From Oopsacas minuta (taxonomy: Eukaryota > Animalia > Porifera), in assembly GCA_024704765.1 (NCBI GenBank), contig JAKMXF010000305.1, positions 348,682 to 412,681 on the forward strand: DNA of 64,000 nt. The letters are read 5' to 3'. A program made the translations under genes and the position numbers. The notes under the pieces are model-generated. The model saw only the letters and a list, made by a program, of their open reading frames with translations. It had not been told where the DNA came from and made no database searches. Below are positions 24,488 to 36,688 of the stretch, in pieces. Numbering within the stretch: position 1 is the first letter of the stretch; each line of letters begins with the position of its first letter.

Positions 24488-27400
24488 ATGGCTGAACCAA
24501 GCGATCAATCAGATGAATATTTTGCATCTATAGCTTCACAAAATTATTTCCTCGATTTTAATTCATGTTCTCTAACTGGATACAATGAAATCGAACATCC
24601 AACTGAAATGATTGACTACCCCAATTATCTTCATAATTACGACCCTGATCATCATACTGATGCATTCGGTCCCATTTCTTCAACTGAAAGTCAATATATA
24701 ATTTCGAAATTTCCAGATCCTATTGATACAAACTCACCGCCTAACGAATGTTCCCAGGTAGACCCAGAGCAAGTCTCTGAAAATCAGAGTGTTTCTGAAT
24801 CAATAACCCATACGGATGTCAGAAGAAGAATTGATACAATGATTCTATCAAGGTCTACTATCCTACCGTATGATATGCCCAAAGGACCTTGGGAATCTCA
24901 TGTGACAACTAAATTAGATTTAAATGAATGGGCGTTGGATCTTGCTACTGGTGGCGGGAGATTTAACTTAGTGTGGAGTTCAACTTATACACCTACATCT
25001 AGAAAAGGCAAGCAGAGGGTTTTAAGTTGCTACAGAGCTAAAAAGGGCAAACTCACAAATGAAAAACGAAATACCATTACACAAAGGTGTAATTGTCCAT
25101 ATAGCATTCGTTTAGAAGAATGTATTGAAGGTTGGGCAGTAGTTACAGGAAATTTTGTGCACAATGACGATTTAGTATAAAGTCATAGCGCTAGTCTAGC
25201 GGAGTCTTCCCTTCGACAAATACCATTAGAATTTAATACCCTCGGCTTTGAGCTTAAACGTGCAGGTCTCACAGCATCAAAAATTAATCAAGTTTTTATA
25301 AGTAAAGCACATGAAAAACATCTTCCAATAACGTGGTCTTATCAAGATGTGTACAATAAATTTCAGCCAAGTGTTGAAGAAAGAGGTTTTGATGCAACGA
25401 ACTTCGTCAGTTATCTACAAGAACAACTATCTACCAAAGGATTGTATTTCGCTATACAGACAACAGAAGACAGCTCAATGAGTAAAGTCTTTTGGACATT
25501 AACTGATAGTTTTGAACGCTGGGTTGAAAATTCTGAAGCTAACATAGTGCTCTTCGATACCACCCATGGTACAAATAAATATACCCTTAAGTTTGCCGCT
25601 TTTTGTACAGTCAATAAACATGGAAATACTCAAGTCCTGGCATGTACACTACTTGATCGTGAAACAGAGGAAGCATTTACTTGGGCATTCAGTGAATTCC
25701 TGAAACCATTTCGACATTAACCCAAAATCATTATTACAGACGGTGACCCAGCTATGGCCGCAGCGATCAGAAATGTATACCCTTCCACTATACATCTCCT
25801 TTGCACTTTTCACATTGGCCAAAATATTGTCAAACATATTAAACCTCTTTTCAGTGGCCGACATGAAAACTTATGCGAAAGTTGGAATGCTTTCTTAAAT
25901 TCATGGTGGAATCTATGTAAAAAACAAGATTCAGAATCTCGTGATGATTTTGATCAAGAATGGAAAGAACTTTTGGCTCTAGTTCAATCCAGGCAAAACT
26001 CGAATAACGAGAAAGTTTTCCATTCTGCTCAACTTTTTTTACGTATATTATATGACAAGAGAATTCAATGGGCATCACGATGGACCTGGCAACACCTCAC
26101 GTTGGGTGCTCATTCCACACAACGTTCAGAATCCATTCACTCAACGATCAAACAGTTTTTAAATGCACATACTCTTCTTACATATCTCGCGAATAAAATT
26201 GATGAAAATAGGAAGAGCCTTTCAGAACAAAATGAAGGACGTGCAACCCGGTTAGCGCTTAAAATGGCTACATACTCATCTAAACATCCGATAGAACGAA
26301 ACCTTAAGTTAACACCATTTGCACTGGCGATTGTAAAGGCACAAATTAATCAGTGCATGCAATATAGTGTTGATGCCATATTTAACGTTGGCGAAGGAAA
26401 GATTTATGAAGTTAACTCTATTGTCAGAGACTCAGGTAAGGAAGAAGTTGTAATAATATAGTACACTCAAACCTCTCTTATCCGGGTAGTGCCGGACCGT
26501 AGGGTGCCGGAAGTCAGAATTTGCCCGAATCTGAGAAATAACATTAACTCTATGGGAGGGCCAATCAGTTGGAATCGGGTCCACTTTTCAGAACCGTACC
26601 CGAGAAACCCGATCCCGATTCCAACTCTGGATCCAATTATAATCAATAGGACAAATATCGATATGGACGGATATAGCTGTTATGACGGTTTTTAGTTACA
26701 AAGAAACGTGTTAGATATGAATTACGAGTAAAACAGCTCTACTATAAGGAATATTTACTAAAAATTGAAATGATCGAATCAGTTTCAATCCTTTTGGAAA
26801 ATGGTGTCTGGTTGAGGGAGGTAGCCGGATATCGGAGTCCGGATAAGAAGTTCGAGTGTACGTATAATAATTTATGCTAATTCAAATACGTATTTTGTCT
26901 TTATTCTAGTTGAAAGAGAAGGATTGTCGGGAGGTACCAACAAGGAGAAATTAACATCTATGGACCTCGGGTTATCGAAGGTTTTTACTAAGTCCAGCCG
27001 TAAGACAACGTTGACATCTTGCACATGCTTGTTCCCATCATCATGGGGCTTACCATGTCGTCACATGCTTATTGTTTATCATCACGAGAAAATAACGAAT
27101 ATACACGACAAAGCTATAGTTGATTTCTGGAAGGTAAGTAGTCATTCGATAGAGCACAGATATTATTGCAACCGCACTCGGTTATATCAGAATTACGTAA
27201 TGACTTGCCAAATTATTGACATTGTGTCCTTGTGTTCTTTCAACTATTAATGTATCGTCTCATAATAGATAGAGAATCAAGCAGATCACAATTCTAATAT
27301 CTACAGCTTATTGGTAGTCAGAATGTAATAGAATTACAAGAAAATGATCAAAATAATCCTATCCTAACGAAAGACGAAAGGTATGATATGCTAACAACAG

Positions 27401-27644
27401 AATTTAAAACATTGCTCATCTTGCTTCACTTGACCATTCAACTTTTTCGCTTATGAGAGGTAAATTAGCTGAAATGGACCAATTGCTAAGACCTATACTA
27501 CAGGAAAGTGGAGCAATTATTCCAAGTATCGCTACAATCCTAAATCCTAGACGTGTTCGATCCAAAGGGCGCCCTTCTAATAAAAGGAAACGGAGCTTTA
27601 ACGATGTTGGGACGAAGAAAAGGAATACAGATAAAAACAAATGA
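24488..27644 (+). pseudogene. FAR1-like MULE transposase (intron-containing, two nonsense codons)
   Basis: ORFs 24488, 25349 and 25754 share one frame, broken by TAA at 25178 and 25718. FAR1-type zinc finger CNCP...HN, MULE core VLFDTTHGTN...IITDGDPAM...LCTFHI, SWIM finger CTC..SWGLPCRH after an intron (CAG|GTAAGG ~26436; TTCTAG| ~26909), and a basic tail KGRPSNKRKR. Confidence 0.9.
26464..26858. mobile_element. Tc1/pogo-type MITE inside the MULE transposase intron
   Basis: TIRs CACTCAAACCTCTCTTATCCGG / CCGGATAAGAAGTTCGAGTG, with TA on both sides. Confidence 0.8.
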
Positions 27645-27726
27645 AAATTTGGTACTTTGTCACAGTGTAATAGTTGTCATTAGAGATATACACATATATG
27701 TAGATACTTTCTCTAGTGTAGCAATA

Positions 27727-29075
27727 CAGGGTGTTAAGAAATTGATGCCCTCTAATACTAACTCAATGATTAGTCTATAAATAATCTCTAAACATATACA
27801 TTTATTTCCCAATATATCCACCCTTTAGTTGTATACATTTACTTATCCGATCTGGCATACTGGCTATCAATTTGTCCAAAACTTCAGGTGAAATATGTCT
27901 CCAAGCTGAAATAAGTTGTTTTTCGAGCGTTTTTAGATTTGTTGCCGGCTGAAAAGAATTGATGGCGGTTTGGATTATTGACCATAGATTCTCTATAGGA
28001 CTCAGGTCAGGGGAGTTGGCAGGCCAAATACCTTTGGGCCAGAAGTTTTGAAAGTTCCCTCCTAGCCATTCCTGTGTTTTTTTGGACGTGTGTGCCGGGG
28101 CACCATCCTGTTGAAAAATGGCAGCCGACATGTCCGACAATAATTTCCTCTCAGTTACTGCACCTGTATCTCTATCTCGATGCATTGCAGACATCATCGT
28201 CTTCTTCAGAACCTCTTCTAGATAGTATATTGTTGTTACTATCTGCCCACTAGGGATTATGTGAAGGTTTGATAGGCCATTATAGGACATCATGTCCCAA
28301 ACCTGCAATTTTCCAGGAAACTTCACTTTTTCCGTAGGTACAACTTTTTCTCTGTCTGCTAACCAAACTCTGTCGTTCTGCCGATTCGGTGAATGGTACA
28401 ACTCAAATGGAGATTCATCAGAGAAAAGTACATTGCGCCAATCATTAATTGACCAATTTTTTCGTGCCAAACAGAAGGTTAATCGAGCGAATTTCTGTTT
28501 TTCGGTTAATTTGGGCTGTAACTGTGGCTTATACGGCTTTACACCTAGATTTTTCCGCAAATATGTATGCACAGTTACATGGGAAAGTTGAAAACCCTTA
28601 GACTTTAAGAGCTGGGATATTTTGCGAGTTGATTTCATCTTTTTCCCTAATGTTTTAGCAATAACTATTTTCGGTACTTTTCCTATCGCCGGTTTTCTTC
28701 CTCGGCCTTGCCTATTCTCGAGGCTGTTTCCACAATATGCCCTCAACCACCACCGACAAACGGTACGTACATTTGTGCCAAAATGTATTGCGACACTTTT
28801 CTGCGTCTGCCCGGCTTTTAACATGCCTATTGCTTGATTACGCACTGCTAGACTAGCTTCTTTGACCATGGTATTAACTAATTGTGAAGACAATTGAAGA
28901 TTGGGTCAAAATATGCACAAAAAGTTAATGAAGTAGGAAAAGCTACCTACTAAATATAACTCCTGGTATATTAAAGTACAAATCAAGTGAAAAGCTAGAT
29001 ATTTAACAATGTAAAAATACTATGGTAGCATTAGATCTCGAGAGATAGGGAGGGCATCAATTTCTTAACACCCTG
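27727..29075 (-). mobile_element. Intact Tc1-like element, DD37E
   Basis: Perfect 26-bp TIRs CAGGGTGTTAAGAAATTGATGCCCTC, TA target duplication, 1349 bp, nested in the 3' part of the MULE. Confidence 0.95.
27802..28893 (-). CDS. Tc1-family transposase, 363 aa, uninterrupted
   Basis: Paired HTH region, VLFSDESPF, FQQDGAPAH and WPANSPDLSPIENLW. I count 37 residues between the second D and the E. Confidence 0.93.
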   Translation of the reverse strand: MSSQLVNTMVKEASLAVRNQAIGMLKAGQTQKSVAIHFGTNVRTVCRWWLRAYCGNSLENRQGRGRKPAIGKVPKIVIAKTLGKKMKSTRKISQLLKSKGFQLSHVTVHTYLRKNLGVKPYKPQLQPKLTEKQKFARLTFCLARKNWSINDWRNVLFSDESPFELYHSPNRQNDRVWLADREKVVPTEKVKFPGKLQVWDMMSYNGLSNLHIIPSGQIVTTIYYLEEVLKKTMMSAMHRDRDTGAVTERKLLSDMSAAIFQQDGAPAHTSKKTQEWLGGNFQNFWPKGIWPANSPDLSPIENLWSIIQTAINSFQPATNLKTLEKQLISAWRHISPEVLDKLIASMPDRISKCIQLKGGYIGK

Positions 29076-29099
29076 TATAACATTCCTTATAATAATCAT

Positions 29100-29232
29100 T
29101 ATATGTTCCTTATAAATCCTTATATAGTCCTTATCCTTATATGTCGGTTAAATCCTTATATGTCGGCCATAATTCCTTATTTGTCGGCTAAATCCTTATA
29201 TGTCGGCCATAATTCCTTATTTGTCGGCTAGC
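29100..29232 (-). repeat. Right subterminal tandem array of the MULE TIR
   Basis: The same 40-bp unit in inverted orientation: two dimers, one monomer and degenerate ATAAGGA copies. Confidence 0.9.
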
Positions 29233-30056
29233 CGACAATGTAGGCCGCCGACATATAAGTAATCCCATATTTAAAATATGCATACTCTTGCTGCATCTGA
29301 AGTCTAAGATTGAAAACACTAGAAATTAGAAGAAGTTAAAACCTAATTAGTTCCTTTTAAACAAACTAATAATTCTATAATCTCAGAAACTTTAGGCTTA
29401 TCTATTGACATTCTTGTGCCAACCAAAGTACCTTTACTTGGATTGAGGAAATTTGGTAAACAGTCTTTTATCTGTATCATTTTATAGTTATACAATTAAT
29501 GATATTAAACTACATCCAGGGTCCAAAATATCCCACAAGTACAATTTCAAAGGTCAGGATTTTGCTGAATATTATCTAATAATCAGTTATTTGTGATAAA
29601 TTCAAAGGGCTTAACCAAAATAAAAAGGTCAAAAATTTCACTGCAGTGAACAGGCCTATCTATAACGTAGACCACAGGAGTGTGTATTATAAAATAGCAT
29701 AAGACGTGTATTAGCAGAGGCGTCAGGTTGACCAAAAATAGTGGGAGGCGTTGTACTCACTACTCATTTTACGTTTAACTACACAAATTCTAATGAATAA
29801 TAAATGTATTATATATCGAATTTCATGACGTTATCAAAAATATGACCTACATAATGGAATCCTTCAATGTATTTCTGAATTGATTAATTAAAGAATCTAT
29901 AGTTGTGTTATTCCGTAATTGCTCAATTAAGAAATCAATAGCTCATGTATTTCGTAATTGAACTATAAGAGGGTCTATACTCTAGAGTGTGAACAATATA
30001 TACTGAATGTGTTTCAACTATAAATACAAATAATCAAGTACTATATTAGGCCCAAC

Positions 30057-30278
30057 TTGGTATCATTCCTCAAGCTTTACCTTCTTCTTCCTTGGACGTC
30101 ATGTTCCGCCGAACGAGGATTTAGCTACTTAAGACGTATAAAAACTTATCCTCGAAGCACTATGAAGGGATATAGATTGAATGCATGTTCTTTATGCAAC
30201 ATGCATATGGAAACTGTGGACCTACTTGATCTTGACCATTCACTGACGAATAGATTAATAGGATTGAGGCCAGGATAG
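30057..30278 (+). pseudogene. hAT transposase C-terminal dimerization domain relic
   Basis: LPWTSCSAERGFSYLRRIKTYPRSTM..RLN matches the hATC motif (P.TS...ERSFS.L.RIKT.LRSTM...RL). Confidence 0.8.
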
Positions 30279-31089
30279 ATCGATTTGTGCTTATTAAAGA
30301 TTGTTTCAAAAAGTGTTAAATCACATCAATAAGTAGTTGCTCAAATTGCAATCATTACGAATACAGAAATAAAATTATTTATAGGTTAGAAGTATTACAT
30401 AAGTACAACAATTATGTACCACATATTAAGTTGCAATACATTGAGTAAACTAGGAAATTGGAATATTAAACATCTTTCAAGGGAGCATAATATTTCAAAG
30501 AAACTGAGGGTAGCCCCCCAATTTCAGGCTCTTTTCAACTGGGGGGCGTTATTCTTGGAGATTCCATATATATAGCTGAGCTATAGTGTTGTACAGTTTT
30601 TTTGCAATACAAACCCCATAACCTCATTCGCAAAGGTGACTCTCATTAATCCGAAAAATGACATTTCCTAGTAGACAGAAAACCTAATACACAAAAACTG
30701 TGCTGTAGGATAGCTGAGCTATATAAAAGTTATTTGATATTCTCGTACCTCTCAAATGCATAGAATAATGAACAAGATGTTGAAAACGACCATATTCAGT
30801 TGACACATTAAATTTTCTCACAGCAATTAAATGAAAACAGCAGCAGTTAACAAACGATAAAAAGTACGATTAAAACTTGTTTTAAATGAGGAAATTTTCG
30901 GACTGTGCAGTAAAATGATTTAATTTCTATTTACGAAATAAAATTCAATAATCTTTCGGTGGGCACATCCTCGGAAATCCAAAGAATGCAAACTAATTAT
31001 TAATTTTGATTTGTGAGTCACATAACTTAAGTTGCATCATGTAGGTTGGGTATACTCTTGAACAAGGGCCTTTGGAATATCAGCTAGAC

Positions 31090-31213
31090 CATTGGTTCTC
31101 AACCTTTTTTCTTCCGCGGACCCCTTTGGTCCATTTTATGGGGTCCGCGGACCCCTGCCAATAAACATAACGAAAACATTTTAGGGCTACGGACCACAGG
31201 TAGAGAACCACTG
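31090..31213. mobile_element. 124-bp hAT (Charlie-type) MITE
   Basis: TIRs CATTGGTTCTCAACC / GGTAGAGAACCACTG, with a perfect 8-bp TSD AGCTAGAC (NNCTAGNN preference). Confidence 0.9.
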
Positions 31214-32089
31214 AGCTAGACCACTTTTGCCTCGTCAAGAGTACAAATACATAAATCAAAAATTACGATCTATACTGACAGATTAATCTATTAATTACAT
31301 TTGTTTAAGTTTACCTTGGATAGTGCCTCAAATCAGTAGTGTCAATAAAATAAATTGAAAAATATAGTAAGTGTCGACACAGACTGTAATTTTCGATTTT
31401 TTGCTCGCTTCGCAGCTGTTTAAAACAAAATTTAAGAAAAATTTGTGTTTTAAAAAATTTTTCATTTGTCAAATTTGGAAATCCACTAAAGACTATGGTG
31501 ACGTCACTATCATGAATATGAAAAATGTCCCCAATTTAAGATATACTAGACTTCATTGGTTGCAATTATCATTCTAACCATTATAAAACGAAGTTATGAT
31601 CATTCTAGCATCCATGATGTCAAGTTGTCTTGCAAAAATAAAAATAATATTTGTGAATGTCCGCAAATGCTCATTTTCTATCTAATTTTAGAAAAATTGC
31701 TTAGTCACCACCATATTCATTATGGTGGCAGCATAGTTATGGTGTCCAATGTGTCCGCCCTGACATCTACCACACTTCATCAATTGTAATTATTAGTCTA
31801 ACTGTTATTGTTATTGAATTACTAGTGTTTCAAATTGTATATTATTAATAAAGTCATATAAATTGTGTCATTAGTATGTAATTATTTTTCCATAGTCCAA
31901 CGATTGTGTAATAAGTTTGATAAATTATATCAATTCCCTTCGTATACTGTTTACAACATCCTACTAAGATTTTGCTCCCTGTATTATATTATCCCAAACC
32001 TAATACAATTCCTATGGGATAAATTATGAAATGGCACAAAAGTGGCATAGTACGTCAGATAAACAGTATTACCCTCAGTGGACACCATA

Positions 32090-32232
32090 CGGTAATTATC
32101 TATGCACCCTGAAAGTTTAATTGTCACAGTAATTGTCTATGCACCCTGAAAATTTCAGCCCTTAATCTATATTATAGTTTGGGCTGTGAACAAGGATAAA
32201 TAATAATAATAATAATAATATTAATAATAACA
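32090..32232. repeat. Short tandem duplication plus (AAT)n microsatellite
   Basis: GTAATT(A/G)TCTATGCACCCTGAAA occurs twice about 37 bp apart, and an (AAT)n run lies at ~32197-32230. Confidence 0.8.
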
Positions 32233-33485
32233 TTTCAACTCTGGCCACAGGAAAAAATAAGAAGCACTAAACGAATCGTAGAAACTTAAAGGAGAATATC
32301 AAAACATCGTAGTAGGATTTTGTTAACAGTGATACACAACTTAAACGAACTTGAAATGTTAACTCATTCTTTGGTAGAAATAGCTCATATTTGTCAAAGA
32401 GTTTGGCACAATTAAGCATATTGACCTTCCAAAGGGCTAGGTATAATTCAAGTCATGGCTGGATAAGGTTAAGCGCTGCTGTATTCAGCTAGCTACTTTG
32501 AGAAAATACAATTGGCTAACCGAGTAGGGTAGTTTTTACCAATTTGTTCATTGTTTCTAGGCGTTTGAAAGATACAAGATGATATACAAACGCTTTCTGT
32601 TCATAAGATATTCATGTGATGCTATATTATATCTTCTCAAATTCAATCCCTGTGTGAGAAACAATCGCACCACGATTGAATATATGATATCTATAAGATG
32701 AATATTTTCCATCTTAGTAAAAGATATCATTTTTGAATAGACGGATAATTCCGGAGATAACCGGTTAATCGTATTGATTGAACTAAGTTTAACCACACTC
32801 GAAATAAGGTTAGCCAACCCCAGCACTGTACAAGTATAAGATAGAGTTTTTAACACTAAGTATTTCAAAGATCTTAGATCATTTAAGGTTAACAACCCAC
32901 GAGAGGCTTCTAGGATTTTAAGATAAAAGAAAAAATCCAGAGTGATCATAGTATCAATTGAAATTTCGGTTGCATGTGTTAAGGCCAGGAACCTAGATAC
33001 TTTAATACCCTAAGTATAACGAGTAAACAATAAAGTTACAGAAAACCTGCTCCCAAAAAATGCCATTAAAAGTGAAATGATTTGATAACAAGCATCCCTC
33101 ATCGCTTGCTGGAATGCATAATTAGGCATAGAAATATATTAAACAAAAATTTCAACAAAATATATTTTTCATGCTTCCTACAGGTGCTTAGGGAAATTTG
33201 GACAGATAATAGTGTTCAATAATAGAGTAAATCATCAATCGAAAAATTCACTATAGAGGCATTCGCTGCAGCAGGAATACACTGTCTGGATAAAAGTATT
33301 GGAACACTTTACCACTTTGGCCAGAGGGGTAGCCAAAGTGCGGCACTAGCAACACATATGCTTGTGGCACAATTGGACCACGGCGAGATTACGTTGTAAG
33401 ATTATATGGATATAGTGGAATTAGGAAAATAGAATGCGATCATTGTTTATGATATATTGATGCATAAAATTGTTTAAAATCATAC

Positions 33486-33937
33486 TTAGTCTTTGCAATT
33501 AAACTGGTGTCCAAATTGGTGTCATGTGTTAATTGTGCTAGGCTGTCCCAATACTTTTTGCCAGGCAGTGTACATGGTTGATTATCGAATAATAAGTCAA
33601 AGGGATGAAGAAATGGGAAACTTGCCTGCAAGCGTCGACTATCACGATTCTTCATTTTTGATCTCTGGGCAGTTCCGCCACCTTGAATAGGAAGGGAAGA
33701 ACTAAGCATCTCTAAATCCTTTGTTTCAAAAGGACCAAATCGGACTATTTCAATCATAAGGTAGAGTTCTTGATTAATATCATTCGTTTCAAGATTCGTG
33801 AAAATAGAATAGGTTTTCAACAATTTCGCAGGATCACTTGGGACACCTTTTTGATCCATACAAACCCGATATTGCTCAGAAATCCTTTTACCAAGAGTTG
33901 CATTATAAATTGAAACGAACATTTCTGTATCAAAGAG
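33486..33937 (-). CDS. DOCK: DOCK exon 4 (3' boundary uncertain)
   Basis: TTTTTAG|CTC acceptor in phase 0. Peptide LFDTEMFVSIYNATLGKRISEQYRVCMDQKGVP...IFTNL...IEIVRFG matches DOCK FMSLYD...ISENY.V.W...G.P...FTDL...QIVRVG. Candidate donors lie at 33486 (AA|GTATGA, phase 2), 33505 (phase 1, weak) and 33626 (CAG|GCAAGT). Confidence 0.8.
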
Positions 33938-35353
33938 CTAAAAATAACAAAATAAACAAATATACAGAATAATGCACTGATAATAGCTAATCAAGAACAA
34001 TAACTAGCTACATATCAGTTGTAGGGTTGTCAGTGTAGAGACATGATAGAGCGGTTCATTTACTAGATAGTTTAACGAAGGCGCGAAAGATTTGACATAG
34101 TATGAATTTTCAAACAAACACGAAATTTATCAAAGACAGACCCCAAGCTTCTTAAAAGGCCAAATATATGTATATTCAAAATAACCCCAGTTCTTCAATA
34201 AATTCTGAGAAAATAGATATAGGGGAGAATTGGAATCTCTAAGGGTTAAAATGAATTCGAATTCATCACTAAGTACATTCTAGGATATAATGATTTAAAA
34301 GAGTTATGGTAATAACAAATGAGGGGGATGGAATAAGCGCTGGGTATAACACTAATTTACAAATGTATAAGCGGCGGGCTGATTTTTTGGATCCTTAGAG
34401 TATGAACTAGAAGTTGTGGTGATATTGTCTAGTGCTGTACCGGATTAAATATCTCGTGCTCCTGCAGGATATCAGGATAGAGATTGTAAATAGATCAAGT
34501 AGCTGGAATAACGTTAAAATATTTATCAGCTAAAATAACTTCAATATAAAGCAGGGATCTCAACTCCCACGATCAATAGGAGATTTACGGTCTACAACAA
34601 TACACGATCCTTGGTATTTCATAGATGACTTTAACTAATACTAAGAATTACATCTTACAATCGAATCGTGAGATTTTCACGAATCTCAAGAATTTTAAGG
34701 TTTTAGGTTGAGAGTCCTGTTTACAGTGAGTGATTTGTTTTCGAACAAAGACAAAAAGCTCTTGTTATACAGGTTATAAATAATATTGTTTACTACACAA
34801 TTAATACAAGCAAACTTTCATTACTTGCGCTGCGGGGTACGTGAACACTTCGTGAACGCTGCTGATGCCCTTCAGGTGCATCTTGTAATCATAATGAGGT
34901 ACTATTGGTTATATTCGTATATACATGTATTTTCAAGTATTAAGACGACACGTGAATTCGGAATAGCTGATTCATGGTGACTACATATAGCATTAATCAT
35001 AAACTCTAGTTTATGAAGAACAATTTGTTAAATGCTCAACAATGTACTTGTATTTCATTGCGACACGCATTGGTACATTTTTGTGTGGCGAAGAATGTAA
35101 ATTTGACAAAGTGATTAGTTAAGGAAGTTGTAATTTGTATTTGATAATTATTGAGATAAAACATATCTTCTATAATTATACTTGATGTTTACGATAATTA
35201 ACTAAGGTTAAATATATTGTTCACGTCATATACAATAAAATTATCATAGTTACATATTTATTCCAGTGGGATCTCAATAATATTCGAATATTTAGCGGTT
35301 ATAACTAATCATTGCGTGATTTAAATTTACAAACACAGGTTTAAAAATTGGCA

Positions 35354-36688
35354 ACGGGTGAGCACTAAAATTTTAGACATATTTTATAGTTCACCATAAC
35401 AACGAGATATTTACAAATTCATAAATCTTTGTTCACCAATGCATTATTTGTATATAGATTTCAAATTCAAACCATTTTCGATTATTTTAGAACATGGCAT
35501 CTGGAGATGGATCATTTGAAAGTGACACAACGGCGACACATTATTGGACAATTTTTTCGTAAAAATTATGACCATGGGATTTCTTATACAGTTAAGCATT
35601 TTTGGCGTTTGGAATCGCAAGATCTACTATCTACAACATCATTTCTACTATCAAGAATAGAGGAACCCAAAACAGGAAGTTGGGTAGCGGTCGCAAGTCT
35701 GTCAAAATGCCCAAGAGGCTCCGGCGATCTCTCTTGTGCAAAATTAGCAATAAAGTAGGAGTCTCCACCAGAAAAATGGCTCGAAAATTCGATATCTCTC
35801 AATCATATGTTCGTAAGATTATCAAAGAGAATGGTGTTACATATCGTAAACGTAAGCGAGTCCCAGATAGCAAACCCGAACAAGAAATGAGGGCTAAGTC
35901 CAGGTGTCTAAAATCACGAAGAGACTTTTTTCCCCCCTCAAGCACAACTCAAATTGTAATGGATGACGAATCGTATTTCGGACTAAAGGATGATAATATC
36001 AATGTCAATAAGGGTTATTATATTTCAGAATCTCTCTCAGCCAAGTCTCTGAATCCTAGAATCAGTTATATTCGTAAATTCAAGTACCCACCTAAACTTT
36101 TAATTTGGTTAGCAATTTCTAAAGAAGGCATATCAGAGCCATGCTTTTGTCCTCGGAATCTTTCAATTACCGGCGAAATTTACCAAAATCAATGCATAAA
36201 AAAGCATCTAATTCCTTTCTTAGAAAAGTTTCATGACGAGGGTAAATATTACTTCTGGCCTGATCTAGCAAGTAGCCATTATGCGAAAGATACGCTTAAA
36301 CTTTTTGAAGATCTAAATATCCCATGTATTCCAAAATCTGCCAACCCTCCTAATACACCTCAATTAAGGCCAATTGAGGATTTCTGGGGTTATTTGAAAT
36401 CCAAAGTCTATGAAGGTGGGTGGGAAGCTAAATCCTTCAGAATGTTGAAGCAAAGGATTCGGAAATCAATCAGGCAAGCGGAATTTTCAATTGTCCAAAG
36501 GCTATTTTCAAGTGTCAAGACGAATATCCGAAAATCTGCAGACAATGGCCCATTAGCAGCGATCCATTGAGTTCTAGCTAAATTAAAATGTAATTAAATA
36601 AATATGATCGAATTATACAATACTTTGTTGATAATTGATACATGCTGAAACAAGATGAAATTTGTCTAATGTTTTAGTGCTCACCCGT
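35354..36688 (+). mobile_element. ITmD37E-type transposon, near-intact
   Basis: TIRs ACGGGTGAGCACTAAAA..TAGACA at both ends, with TA on the right flank. Transposase motifs IVMDDESYF, FWPDLASSHY and NPPNTPQLRPIEDFW give D-37-E. Confidence 0.92.
35507..36570 (+). pseudogene. ITmD37E transposase with a single frameshift
   Basis: MDHLKVTQRRHII...SYTVKHF (ATG 35507) continues as LAFGIARSTIY in the -1 frame at the T5 run 35599-35603. The remaining 322 codons are open. Confidence 0.85.

Larger units (their letters stand above)
23989..29266 (+). mobile_element. Mutator-like element (FAR1/FHY3-type) with tandem-repeat TIRs
   Basis: Termini GGGATTACTTAT / ATAAGTAATCCC. The 9-bp flanks ATATTAAAA / ATATTTAAA match at 8 of 9 positions (TSD). 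Long near-identical TIRs. Confidence 0.92.

Noticed and set aside
32557-32949. 130-aa minus-strand ORF just downstream of exon 4
   Set aside because: No recognisable motif; the Leu/Ile/Ser-rich composition is typical of chance ORFs in AT-rich DNA.
35595-35606. IS630-style programmed frameshift
   Set aside because: There is no X XXY YYZ heptamer or downstream structure and the element is eukaryotic; mutation or homopolymer error is simpler.
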